From the NCBI RefSeq assembly GCF_009914755.1, contig NC_060935.1: a stretch of DNA of 64,000 bases; one strand, 5' to 3'. The position numbers and the translations under genes are program-made. Below the pieces are notes generated by a model. It was not told where the DNA came from. It saw only the letters and a list, made by a program, of their open reading frames with translations, and ran no database searches. Below, in pieces: positions 1 to 13,627 of this stretch (within the stretch, counting starts at the first letter, position 1; the number at the start of each line of letters is the position of its first letter). This DNA is from the human T2T-CHM13v2.0 reference genome, Homo sapiens.

Positions 1-634
1 TCTCTCTTTGTCTCTGTCTTTCTGTATCTCATTTCTATCCTTATTTCCTTCCCACTCATTCTGTTTTAGAAAGATAAAGGAATAATCTTTTGGAAGAAAA
101 ATGATACCAACTTCTGAGCAGCACCTATAACAAATACAAAGTAGTAAATCTAAAAACAAAGGAAAGTTTCCATGAAATAAGTCATTCAGTAACAAGTTAG
201 AAGATGTTTATTTGTTTAGAATAGCAGAGTTCCAACAGGCACTGGAAAAATTTAGATGGGCAGAAATCAATGCTGGGGAGGGTACATGTCAGGGAACTGA
301 AGCTCGGGCTTCATTCTGCAAGAATTTTGGAAAAGGTAGGCACTTTTTAACAATGTACACCATAGAGACTTAAAACATATTGTTTATAAGATTTTTGGTG
401 TTCAAAAGACTTTGTTCCTTAGGTGGAGAATAGAGATGTGTCTTAAATATCTATTATAACCTCTATGGTTCATGCTATGTCATCTTGCAGCAAATGTTCA
501 ATAATTCTTATTTCAGAAGTACATAACTGTGGAATGTTTTAGTAAAATACATTGAAAAGACCATTCTTTGTTAAAGAGCACTAAGGTGTATAAAAGGCAG
601 TAATAAATTATAGTTTCAAAATATTCCACAGGGG

Positions 635-1197
635 TTGGAGAGTTCGCAAAGAACTAAAAATAGAATTGCCATTCAACCCAGCAATCCCATTAGTGGGTGT
701 ATACCCAAAGGAAAATAAATTGTTCTATGAAAAAGACACTTGCACTGTGTGTTCATTGCAGCACTATTCATAATAGCAAATACATGGAATCAACCTTGGT
801 GCTTATCAACGATTGATTGGATAAAGAAAATATGGTACACATACGACATGGAATATTACACAGTCATAAAACAGAATGAAATCATGTTCTTTGCAGCAAC
901 ATGGATGAGGGTACAGGCCATTATTTTAAACAAATACATGCAGAAGTAGAAAACCAAATACCACATATTCTCACAGTGGGAGTTAAACATTGGGTGCACA
1001 TGGATACCAAGATGGGAACAATAGACACTAGGATTCCAAAAGGGGAGGAAAGGCAGGCATTGAAAAACTACATCTCAGCTACTCTGCTCACTACTTGGGT
1101 GATGGTATCATTAGAAACTCAAATATCAGCATTATACAATATACCCATGACACAAACCTGCACATGTACTCCTTGAATCCAAAACTAAAAGGAAAAA
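635..1197 (+). mobile_element. 5'-truncated LINE-1 3' end (old L1PA/L1PB type)
   Basis: ORF2 C-terminal motif (aaagaactaaaaatagaattgccattcaacccagcaatcccatta), L1 3'UTR (aaacctgcacatgtactccttgaatc) and A-rich end. Confidence 0.88.
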
Positions 1198-3729
1198 TTT
1201 TACAGGACTACGATTCTATTCCAATGTTAATTAATGTGAAGTCTACCCTGTTTCAAAAAATATATAAATAAAATAAAATAAAATAAAACAATAAAAATCA
1301 CTTGAGATATTATCAGGTATACAAGCCAAGATACAGGTCATCAGTATCTCAAATGAAAAAGTTGTAATTTAATGATTCATGTGTTCATTCCATCAATATT
1401 TTTACAAACATATTTATTGAATCTTCTATGTATGATAATATATTTTTTAAAAGATTTAAACATATTTGACAGATGAGAGGAGATAAGAGACCAAATTACC
1501 AAGTTTGTTAGTCTTCAACTCTGTGAGATTTGATAGATGATTGTTTTTGTTTACATTTATTTTATTTCTATAACACCATTCCATAATATGGTTAAATCCG
1601 TTATACATAGGATGTACAAAAATGAATTTTTAGCATTTTTTATGTTATAACAAATAAGTGCTCAAGGAGTTGCTTTCTGATATTATAGACATGTGTTTGT
1701 GTTTAACTATAGCCCCCATTATATTGCTGAACCAGCGCCCCAATCCACTTTTATTTATTCACAAAGTATCAATCTAAGTTTGCTTTCTTATGAGAATTGT
1801 TCAGATAAAATTTTTATTTCAATACTTCAGAATAGTCTGACATCTTTATTCCTTATTCATTATGTGTCACATAGCTTGTTTTCTGACATTCATCTTGTTC
1901 TCTTTTGTCTAGAGTAAACGTATTTTAAAAGTACATTTCAGATTCATTGAGGTCAGTTGCCTTTGGCAGAAATGTTTCCTTACTCTGGTTTACAAAACTC
2001 ACTCAATGGTTTTTAACATAATTTTCCTTTATTGTCCTTCCACAAAATTTTTCATATTTTGTACTACAAGCTGTGTGCTTTTTGAAAATTTCAGAGTTTA
2101 TTTTGAACCTACCTTATATTTATCAAGGTTTATGATAAATATTTATAACTAGGTATGTGACCAAATTACATTACCACTTCAGAAGGCATTATTTTCCTGC
2201 CCACACAGAATATTCACATACACGTATACATAAACATATGAATTCAAACTATTTCTATCTGCATCCCAATAAATGCACTGTATTCATTCTATGTGATTTT
2301 GTTCATTGCGCTTCAGTCTTGATGATTTCCTACTGTGTGCGAAAAAGCCTACTTTGGCGCTGTTAGATTGTGGTATTTACGCCAACCTACATTCCAAAAA
2401 CAAATGCATATGAGAACTCCAGATGAAAATCTTTTTGTTTATCTGCTGTACTACTGAGATATTATAGTACCAAACATGTGGATAGACTTTAGGAGTCATC
2501 AGGACCACACTGTTATTTCTGCCCGAATCACCCTGTGACATTGTGCCTATCCTTCTGTAGTCATTCATTTTTCGTTTGAATCTATTTAGGTTACAGAATC
2601 TATTACTTTCTCAAAGCAGAATGTTACATTTCTGGACAGCTCTGCTATTAAGCCAGGTCATGAATTTCTTAAACCCATTAATTTGTCCTAATATAGGAAG
2701 AACTATTTGATTTTATTTCTCCATGAGAGCTATGTGAATTCCTGAAGCCAGTGGTCTTACCATCCTTTGTATCTTTTCTAAGTCACATGTACCCATTTTA
2801 AGTCATTTTTCAAACTCAGGTCAGGTTATTTCTATCAACACTCCTTAGATTCTTCTATATCATTTGTGTTTATACCCAGGATAGGTGTCTCTTTTGTTCC
2901 TAACTATCTTGGAATGAAAAATAAATGCACAACATGTTATAATAATATTTATATTCCATGTGTCCATTTTAGTTTCCATCAGCCCTCTGTACTGCGCTCT
3001 TCTATGTAATTATGTTTCATCTTGTCTCTTTTTTCCTATAATATTGTAAATACCCTTGAAGATAAGCACTCTGATTGATTTATGTTTGTATTCCCGGTGT
3101 ATCAGAAATTGTGCTTTGCAAATCAGAGATACTCCATTCATGCCTCTGAAGCAACATTGATAAGTACACTTACACTTTCCGTAAGAATGAGGTGATATCA
3201 TACTACTAAGCTTTGAGTTACTGATCAGAGCTCATTAAATAATTTGATAATTTTGTAATTGAAAATTTTGGAAGATTAAAAGAAAACATTACACTCTCTG
3301 TGTCTCTGTTATGATAGACTTTTCAGAGTAAACTTGTGTTGAGTATTAGCCTGAGGTATTGAATCACACCAGTTGCCAGAAACTATCAGTCTATTCTAAT
3401 AAAATAGTTGAGTATGCGTTTATAACTTCAATTTGTAAACAATATGTTTCTAGTTTGCCTGATTAAAGATGCAATAGCTCAATTGGCTTTTTTTTTTTAC
3501 TAATGGAAATAAAGTCTTCTATTTGGATTTACTTTAAAACAAACTTGGGTTTTATTTACATGTCATCTTTATATGACACCTTCTTGTCATATTTAAGTAC
3601 TACCTCTACTGATACTTTATTAGTTTTTTTTTTAAAACTGAAACTAAATTAACTTACTTTTCAAAGTTAGGTTCATTCCAAAATAATGTTTTCATGAAAT
3701 CATGAGTTTTCTATGCCAATTATATTTAT

Positions 3730-3783
3730 TTTAATATGTATTAAAATTGATGTTATTTAATATGTATTAAAATTGATACGTTA
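3730..3783. repeat. ~26-bp tandem duplication
   Basis: tttaatatgtattaaaattgat(ac)gtta occurs twice head to tail. Confidence 0.85.
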
Positions 3784-4701
3784 TTAAAAAATTTTAAGTG
3801 CTCTTTTATGTATTACATAAAAATAATCTCACATATTATCACTGATACACACGTGTAAGATAATGTGTGGGAAGATTATTCTTATCACTTCCCAATGTAA
3901 TTGTAGCTCAAACCTGAGGTTTATAATGCCTTCTTTTATAAAGAGAGATATACTAGGAGCTACAAAAATTGGTTGCAGGCACTTAATGCTTATTCAGAGA
4001 TGGTGGCCTACAGTCTGGTAATCTAAATATTACACAAGCAGAAGCAATGAAAGTAATTTTGAGTTGTGGTCTGGAATAGAGTGTTCTGTCTGCTACCTAG
4101 GGGAGCATTAGTCCAGTACACATTAACCAAAGAAGCAATACATCCAGCAACCAGCTGAATTGTTTAATGAAAGACTCATTTCTTTTCCTCTCATCTGCCT
4201 CCAAGCCTCCTCCAATACTAAAGCAATTTAACTTAAAACAATATAGAGTTAATCTATGACCAGATCCAGCTGGCAACCTTTCTTCCAGGATTAGAGGGGA
4301 AAGGAATAGAGGTGCATTGCATATCCTCTTCCTTTCTTCATGTACTTGAAGGACAAGTTGATCAGCAATGAGGGGAGGGGGACAGGGGACGTTTTGAGAA
4401 CCAGAAAAGTATTTAGAGCTTAAAACTGAATAAAATTTTAGTAACTGAAGTGGACAGGAAATTATGGGCTATGATCTAGATATAATTAAATGATCCTCTG
4501 CCTATTGACGAAAAAATAGGTTGACATGAAACTGTTACAGAAAAAGAATGGGGGAAAAGATAATCCCGTAATCATACCCCATCAAGTTGAGTTAACTGGG
4601 TAAATCCATTGCATAAATCCACTATGTTGATTATAGCAAAGTGGAAAATGAATTAAGGACGCAGGGTTGAAACATAGGTTTTGGTAATTCAGTACATTTG
4701 G

Positions 4702-6405
4702 TATATTAGTCCATTTCACACTGCTATAAGGATACTACCTGAACTGGGTAATTTATAAAGAAAAAAAGGCTTAGTTGACTCACAGTTCTGCATGGCTGGG
4801 GAGTGCTCAGGAAACTTATAATCATGGTGGAAGCTGAAGGGAAAAGAAGACACATATTCTCATGGTGGCAGGAGAGAGAGAGCACACAGGGGAAGTGCCA
4901 GACAGTTATCAAGCAACCAGATCTCATGAGAACTCACTATCATGAGAACAGCATGGGGAAAACTGCCTCCATGATCCAATCACCTCCAACCAGATCCCTC
5001 CCCGAACACATGGGGATTTCAATTTAGATTACAATTCATGGTGAAATTTGGGTAGGGACATTTTCAAACCATATTATTCTGCCCTTGGCCCCTCCCAAAT
5101 CTCATGTCCTTTTCACATTTCAGAACCAATCATGCCTTCCCAACAGTCCCTGAAATTCTTAACTCATTTCAGCATTAACTCAAAAGTCCAAGTCCAGAGT
5201 CTTATCTGATACAAGGCAAGTCCTTTCTGCCTATGAGCCTATAAAATCAAAAGCCAGTTAGTTACTTCCAAGATACAATGTGGATACAGGCCCAAAGCAA
5301 GTCTGAAAGCCAACAGGGTAGTCATTAAACATTAAGACTCCAAAATAACCTTTGTTGAATCCATGTTTCGCACTGAACGTGTGCTCATGCTAGAGGTGGG
5401 CTCCCAAGGCCATGGGCATCTCTGCCCCTGTGGCTTTGCAGGGTACAGCCTCTGCAGCTACTTTCACAGGCTAGTGTTGAGAGTCTGTGGCTTTTACAGG
5501 AACATAGTGCAAGCTGTCAGTCAATCTTATTCCGGGGTCTGGAGGGCAGTGGTTCTCTTCTCACAGCTCCACTGGACAGTGAGAACTCTGTATGGAGGTT
5601 CCAACCCCACATTTTCTTTCCACATTGCCCTAGTAGAGGTTCTCCATGAGGGCTCTGCCCCTGCAGTAGACTTCTACCTGGACATCTAGGCATTTCCATA
5701 CATCCTCTGAAATCTAGGCAGAGGCTCTCAAGCTCAACTCTTCTCTTCTGTGCACCTGCAGGCCCAACACCACATGGAAGCTGCCAATGCTTGGGGCTTG
5801 CACCCTGTGAAGCAATCACTTGAGCTGTACCTTGGCCCCTTTTAGCCATGGCTGGAGCTGGAGTGGCTGGAACATGAGGTACCAAGTCCCTAGGCTGCAC
5901 ACGGTAATGGGGGGCCCTGGGCCCAGCCCAAGAAACCATTTTTCCTTCCTAGGCCTCTGGGCCTATAATGGGAGGGGCTGCTGTGAAGACACCCTGGAGA
6001 TACTTTTCCCATTGTATTGGCAATTAACATTCAGTGTCTCATTACTTATGCAAATGTATGTGGCTGACTTGAATTTCTCCCCAGAAAATGGGTTTTTCTT
6101 TTCTACCACATGGTTAGGCTGCAAATTTCCCAAACTTTTATGCTCTACTTCCCCTTTAGACATATTTCATACCAACTCTTTGTGACTGCATATAGCTGTA
6201 TACTGTTAGGAGCACTCAGAGCATATAGCTGTATACTGTTAGGAGCACCCAGACCACATCTTGAACACTTTGCTGCTTAGAAATTTCTTCTCCACTCCTA
6301 TGATCCAATCACCTCCTGCCAGGTCCTTCCCTCAACACATGGGGATTACAATTTGGATTACAATTCTAGATGAGATTTGGGTGGGGACACAGCCCAGCCA
6401 TATTA
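4702..6405 (-). mobile_element. MaLR THE1D/MSTA-type element: complete 3' LTR (4702-5076), partial internal region, 5' LTR reduced to ~6292-6405 by deletion
   Basis: THE1/MST LTR termini on the - strand, THE1-int-like internal sequence, 5-bp TSD tttgg/cttgg, both LTRs share a ggattacaatt doublet. Confidence 0.88.
6188..6253. repeat. 33-bp tandem duplication inside MaLR internal region
   Basis: gcatatagctgtatactgttaggagcac(t/c)caga x2, one mismatch. Confidence 0.95.
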
Positions 6406-8394
6406 CTTGGATTTATATTTTGAGAATTCTACTTAATTCATTTAAGTATAAATACCTAAATTAGATGGGGTGGGGCTGTTCGTGGTGATGAGGAACAAAT
6501 AACAAAATAGATGGAAAATACAACAAAATATCTGATATATATTAGGAACTCTATGAGAACAATTATTTTATTCTCATTTTTATGTTTTTTATAGCAAATC
6601 ACAAAGTTTTTATCCCTCATTATCTTTGCATAGATGACAATGTACTCCTTTAATCCAAAACAAACATCAGCAAAGTTTCTTCTGTTCTTCTCGTGCCTTA
6701 CTTGGTGCTGAGCTACAAAAATGACTTGAACATGTCTCTTGAAATTACACATTTAATATTGGAGTGGAGAAAAATTTTGCCAAATGAATTGTATTCATTG
6801 TGATCAAATTGAGAACTAACTTAGGGATATTTGGTAAGGTACGAATATGAGTTACTTCTAGAAAATACTTTTTAGATAATTTACCATCATAAATGGGCAG
6901 ATTTAGATGGGGGTTAATTTACCTCATATTTGTTCTTTCCAGTTATGTAGTAGCAAATCTACACCAAATTCTGCTACACAAATATTTATTAGGTAGTACA
7001 TGCAAAAATGGTCATATAATCCACTCTATAGATTCAATTCTATCTCATATATATGCCATTTTAAGTAACCAATCAGACTAAATGAAAGATTTAGAAGAGG
7101 CAAATAAAGAATACCCTGGATGCAGAATTCTGTTGTTAACTGGAAGCCTGTTAGCACAGGTCAGTTGAAAAATTCAACATCAGGCATTATCCTGGAAGGA
7201 AAATAATATGAAAGATTCTTATGCCTCCCTTTTTCTAAGGGTGGTGGGTATCTCCAAAACATTTTGGTCAATTTCCTAAAATATTTTTGAGACACTTTCC
7301 TTTTTACCCAATGAGAGACCATTTCTGTAATCAATGATACTAGCAGTAATATTGATGGGAAATAAAAACAACTACTTCTAATAACCACTCTTTGGACTTT
7401 CTGATTAAATGCTACCTCACCCCACTTAGCCATGACGTCCTGATTAGTGTATCTGACTCCCTCAAGAATATAGCTTAAATTAAACTAAAACATATATAAT
7501 GCAGTATTTTCTATGTTAAAGTGTTTTTAGTTAAATTGCAGACATCATAACAGACAGTCCTCATATAAGTATGGAATAAATATTAGAAAGTTACAAATGG
7601 CTGAGCTGAATCAATTGTATACTGCAAGACTAATGTAATCCATTTTGTTATCCAAATATCACAACCAGATGATAAAACTGAGAATAGGCACTTAACCTCT
7701 CTGAAGTCATACATTTGTTAACTGAAGAGCTGTGTCAATGTGCGTGTGATCTTACAAAATTTCATCATCACTCAACTTATGAACAGAGACTCTAAAATTG
7801 AGCAATTTTTGCATGTTTCTTTTTACTTTTTTACTCTAGTGCATACTGAAAGCCTTGCTTGTATAACTATATTTTGGATTAAGAGGCCCACTATAATTTT
7901 AAGGAAGATTAAACAATAAGACTAAATTTAATTCAGAATTAGTTACTTTAGTTGACAGTATATATTTTAAAAATGCTTTTCAAAATTTAATGATCAGCTA
8001 GTATGTTTTCTTGATTATAAGATGTGATTGATTCATTAAGAAAAAATGTTCTAATATAAAAATTCTGTATTCCTTTAAGCTGGAAGAGGTTTGTTTGTTT
8101 GTTTTTGGCAGAGACATTTGTTCAAATTAAGTTGCTCAAACTTGTGTAGATAATATAATTTATTCCTCTGAGATTAGTGTTTGCTAATATATTGTATAGA
8201 CCTTTATAATGCAGAATATAAGATCATAAATTCATATATTTTAATTCATCCATGATTTAAATAAAAGATGAAGTGAAACTAAACATTTTAAGAGTGGAAA
8301 ACTTGACCTATTAGCACAAAATTTTCTTTATACGAAATAATGAAAACCTATTATGACTTGAGATGTTAATAGAAACATACACACACACACAGAA

Positions 8395-9752
8395 TCAGGA
8401 ACCACTTAATGACAGGGATATGCTCTGATAAATACATTATTACACAATTTATCATTGTGTGAATGTCTTACAATATACTTATCCAAACCTAGACAGTATA
8501 GCCTACTACACACCTAGGCTATACAGTGTAGCCTATTGTTCCTAGGCTACAACTCTGTACAGCACATTACTCTACTGAATACTGTAGGTAATTAGAACAA
8601 AATGGTAAATATTTGTGTATCTAAACATATATAAACATAGAAAAGATACAGTAACAATGTAGTATAAATGATAAAAAATGGCACTCCTTTATGGGGCACA
8701 TACCACAAATGGAACTTGCGAGACTGGGAGTTGCTCTGAGTGATCAATGAGTGAGTGGTGCATGATGTGAAGGCCCAGGACATTACTGTCCATTACTGTA
8801 GATCTTGTAAACAGCATACACCTAAGCTACACTAAATTGATAAAATATATTGTCTTCATCAATAAAGTAACCTTTGATTAATGTAAAATTTTACTTTGTA
8901 AACTTTTTAAAAACTTTCTATAATAACACTTAGCTAAAAAACAAACACATCATACAACTTTACAAAAATGTTTTCTTTCTTTGTATCCTTATTCTATAAG
9001 TGCTCTTCTAATTATGTTTCTTCTTTTTTAACTTCATAAATTTTAAAAACTAAGTCATAAATACATATATTAGCCCAGCCTTACACAGAGTCAAGATCAT
9101 GGATATCATTGTCCTCCACCTTCACATCTTGTTCCACTGGAAGCTCTTTAGGACAATAACATGCATGGAGCTGCCGTCCCCTATGATAATGCCTTCTTCT
9201 AGAAAACTGCCTGATTTTGTTTTACAGTCAACTCTTCATATATATGTGTGTGTGTGTACACATATATAAAATTGTATATAAATGTCTTTATTTATAATTT
9301 AATTATATATACACATTAATTTTTCAGCTCCATTATAATCTTAGGAGACCACTACTGTATATGCACTCCATTGTTTACTGAAATGTTATGTGGCAGAATA
9401 GTCTGTTTATTTATATATATTAATATATTTATATATATATATGAAGTTACGTAAGTAGAAAGAATGCACACTAAAATGCTGATAAAAAGTATAGTAAAGT
9501 AAATTGGTAAATGTGTAAGCCAGTAACATAGTCATTTATTGTAATTATTATGTATTATATATAATTATATATGCTATACTGTACTTTTACACCCCTAGAA
9601 GCACAATTTGTTTATACCAGCATCACAACAAACGCATGAGCAGCTACATCTTCACTAAGCAATAGAAAATTTTCAGCTCCATATAATCTTATGGGACTCC
9701 TGCTGTATATGCCGTCTGTTGTTAACTGAAATGTTATGTGGAACATGACTCT
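8395..9752 (-). mobile_element. Tigger3b (MER7/GOLEM) DNA transposon with an extra terminal fragment at 9318-9405
   Basis: Reverse complement follows Tigger3 (gtcatgttccacataacatttcagttaac...cccataagattatatggagctgaaaa); opposite end reads cacttaatgacagggatatg. Confidence 0.85.
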
Positions 9753-10126
9753 GTGTGTGTATACGCTGTGTGTGTGTGAATGTACATGTATATATATGTA
9801 TATGACTGTATATATAGAAATATAAACTTGTAGAATCACTTTTTAAACTTGCCTTTAATTTCATCTTGAAAAATTATAAATGACTTAGACATCAATATTA
9901 TTCAGACTTTTAAACCAGGTGGAGATATTTTAGATCTGATATCACTAACCCATTAATAATCACTTCCTGCACCTTAGCAATTTCTTTTCTCTTGGGTTCT
10001 AAAACAAACACTTTATGCATTTTATCTGCATCTTTTTGATTTCTGCAGTCTTCAATTAGACCATCTACAATCTATGGGAATAAACCAAACTTGTTTAGCT
10101 ACATACAGTTTAGATTATTTGGATAG

Positions 10127-13100
10127 TGTTACAAGAAAAAGTAAACAAATTAAATTTAATAGAGTTTAATTTAGCAGAGAATGATCATATGGTTTGGCTG
10201 TGTTCCCAGCCAAATCTCATCTTGAATTGTAGCTCTCACAATTCCCACATGTCATGGGAGGATCCTGGTGGTAAGTCATTGAATTATGGGATCGGGTCTT
10301 CCCTGCGCCATTCTCATGATAGTGAATGAGTCTCACGAGATCTGATGATTTTTAAAAATGGGAGTTTCCCTGCACAAGCTCTCTTCTCTTGTCTGCTGCC
10401 GTGTGAGATGTGCTTTTCACCTTCCACCATGATTGTGAGGCCTCCCAAGCCACATGGAGCTGTAAGTGCAATAACCCTCTTTCTTTTATAAATTGCCCAG
10501 TCTAAGGTAGGTCTTTATTAGCAGCGTGAAAACAAACTAATACAGTAAATTGGTACCAGTAGATTGGGGCGCTGCTGATAAGATACCTGAAAATGTGGAA
10601 GCAACTTTGGAGCTGGGTAACAGTCAGAGGTTGGAACAGTTTGGAGGGCTCAGAAGAATACAGGAAAATATGGGAAAGTTTGGAACTTCTAGAGACTTGT
10701 TGAATGGCTTTGCCCAAAATGCTGATTGTGGTATCGACAATAAAGTCCAGGCTGAGGTGGTCTCAGATGAAATCAGGAACTTGTTAGGAACTGGAGCAAA
10801 GGTGACACTTGTTATGTTTTAGCAAAGAGACTGGCAGCATTTTGCCTCTGCCCTAGAGATTTGTGAAACTTTGAACTTAAGGGAGATGATTTAGGTTATC
10901 AAGCGGAAGAAATTTCTAAGCAGCAAAGAATCCAAGAGGTGAACTGGGTGCTGTTAAAGGCATTCAGTTTTATAAGGGAAGCAGAGCATAAAAGTTTGGA
11001 AAATTTGCAACCTGACAATGCCATAGAAAAGAAAATCCCATTTTCTGGGGAGAAATTCAAGCTAGCTGCAGAAATTAGCATAAGTAATGAGGAGCTGAAT
11101 GTTAATCCCCAAGTCAATGGGGAAATGTCTCCAGGGCATGTCAGAGGTCTTCACAGCAGCCCATCCCATCACAGGCCCAGAGTCCTAGGAGGAAAAATTA
11201 TTTTTGGGGGGCTGGGCCCAGGGTCCCTGTGCTGTGTGCAGCCTGGGGACTTGGTGCCTTGTGTCCCAGCCACTCCAGCCATGGCTGAAAGGAGCCAACA
11301 TAGAGCTCAGACCATGGCTTCAGTGAGTGCAAGCCTCAAGTATTGGCAGCTTCCACATAGTGTTGAGTCTGCTAGTGCACAGAAGTCAAGAATTGGGGTT
11401 TGGGTACCTCCACCTAGATTTCAAAGGATGTGTGGAAACACCTGGATGTCCAGACAGAAGTTTGCCACAGGAGCAGGGCTCTCATGGAGAACCTCTGTTA
11501 GGGCAGTGCAGAAGGGAAATGTGGAGTTGGAGCCCTGACAAAGACTCCCTACTGGGGCACTGTCTAATGCAGCTGTGAGAAGAGGGCCTCTGTCCTCCAG
11601 ACCCTGCAATGGTAGATCCACTGACAGCTTGCATCATGTGCCTGCAAAAGCCACTGACACTCAATGCCTGCTTGTGAAAGCAGCCAGGAGGGAGGCTGTA
11701 CCCTGCAAAGCCACAGGGGCGGAGCTGCCCAAGAACATGGAAACCCACCTCTTGCATCAGCATGACCTGCATGTGAGACATAGAGTCAAAGGAGATCATT
11801 TTGGAGCTTTAAGATTTCACTGCCCTGATAGATTTCAGACTTGCATGGGGCCTGTAGTTCATTTGCTTTGGCCAATTTTTTTTTTTTACATTTGGAATGG
11901 GTGTATTTACCCAATGATTATATCCCTGTTGTAACTAGGAAGTAACTAACTTGCCTTTGATTGTACAGGTTCATAGGTGTAAGGGACTTGCCTTGTCTCA
12001 GATGAGACTTTGGACTGTGGACTTGTGGGTTAATGCTGAAATTAGTTAAGACTTTGGGGGACTGTTGGGAAGGCATGATTGGTTTTGAAATGTGAGGACA
12101 TGAGATTTGGAAAGGGCCACGGCTGGAATGATATGGTTTGGCTGTGTCCCCACCCAAATCTCATCTTGAATAGTAACTCCCACAATTCCCACATATTTGG
12201 GAAGAACCCAGTGGGAGGTGATTGAATTATGGGGGCAGGTCTTTCCTATGCTGTTCTTGTGATATTGAATGAGTCTCATGAGATCTGATGGTTTAAAAAT
12301 GGGAGTTTCCCTGCACAAGCTCTCTCCTCTTGTCTACTGCCATGTGAAATGTGCCTTTCATCTTCCATCATGAATGTGATGCCTCCCCAGCCTGTGGAAC
12401 TGTAAGCCCAATAAATCTCTTTCTTTTGTAAATTGCCTAGTCTCAGGTATGTCTTTATCAGCAGCATGAAAATGAACTAATACAATGATTTGTGAATCAG
12501 GCAGCCCTGGAAACCACCATAGGTTTAGAGTGACTCTGAGGCTGCCACATGGTTGGATAACATTTATAGACAGAAGGAAAGTGACATATAAAAAGGAAAA
12601 GTGGGATATAGAAATAATTGGATTGGTTATAGCTCAGCATCTGTCTTATTTGAAACCTGGTTTAAACAGTTGACTTCCTACGATTGGATAAAACCCTGGG
12701 ATTGGTATAAGAGTATGTTATAGTCTGTTTATGTATCTATTTAGGTTATATCTTGTTGCGTATGGAGAAATCTTTAGGCAGAACTTAAAATATGTAAGGA
12801 GGCAATGTTAGGCTAAATTAAAATTTAACAATTTTTCCCTTTTGGTCAACCTCTCAATTTTGAAAGATTAACTAAAACTTTAGGCATTGATGTCACTCTG
12901 TCACCATCATACTGGACATATTTGGTCTCAACTCTCACCAGGAAACAACAAAACAGTAGGTTTTGTTACATGGAAACAAAGGAACAGAACAACAACAAAA
13001 ACTGATTGGTTATTTCAGGTTACTTTTTTTGAGGGTTAGCACTGAGGTGACTTCCTTATTATGTTGGAACCTTGTATTACTAGACAGAATAAAAAAAAAC

Positions 13101-13245
13101 TAGTAAGTTTTAGATTTGTCTTTTGAAGTTTCAGCTTGATTACATCAAAATTCATAAGTGTTTCCATTTTAGTTTGGTTTGGTCTGTTGGAGCCTAGTGC
13201 AAGAAATCAGTCAAGAGCAATGGTCTCTTGTAATTTTATTTGACA
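10127..13245 (-). mobile_element. MER57-family ERV1 composite (MER57A/B-like LTR 10127-10184 plus 12485-12830, short internal piece, different MER57F-like partial LTR to 13245), interrupted by THE1
   Basis: Minus strand reads tgttaaattttaatttagcctaacattgcctccttacatattttaagttc (MER57A/B start); polypurine tract at 12831-12846; 4-bp TSD ATAG at 10123-10126 and 13246-13249. Confidence 0.75.
10185..12484 (+). mobile_element. Full-length THE1A/B MaLR element (5' LTR 10185-10544, internal 10545-12128, 3' LTR 12129-12484)
   Basis: Two ~360-bp LTRs (tgatatggtttggctgtg...actaataca), internal region starting gtaaattggtacc, ~5-bp TSD atga(t). Confidence 0.95.
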
Positions 13246-13627
13246 ATAGACAGTGATTGCCTTCAAAATATTTTGAGGTAGATTGCTATTGTACCATATA
13301 AGAAGACTGAAATAAAAGCAAGTCTCAGAAGGAATTTTGCCTCAATATGTAGCACTTTATTGAACAAACATCTGTTTGTCCTCTATTTTTTGGAATCATA
13401 GACCACCACCTATCAGAAAGGTGTACTTAAGTCAGAAAGGAGAACATTTACAAGACAAATTCAATCAATTATATTTATGTTGTGAAACAGGAAACAAGAA
13501 AACCTCTTAAATAAGTAGCTAGACCCAGGAACATTTAAGTCTCAAGCCTTCAGAGCTCACTCCCACAAGTAACTGTATAGGTTTCATAAGGATTTTTAAA
13601 ATTGTTAAATTTATGTAACACTGAGAG

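Noticed and set aside
10550-11934. Longest ORFs (199 aa and neighbours) as a protein-coding gene
   Set aside because: Stop- and frameshift-broken remnants of the THE1 internal ORF; the homologous peptide recurs antisense at 5517-6163
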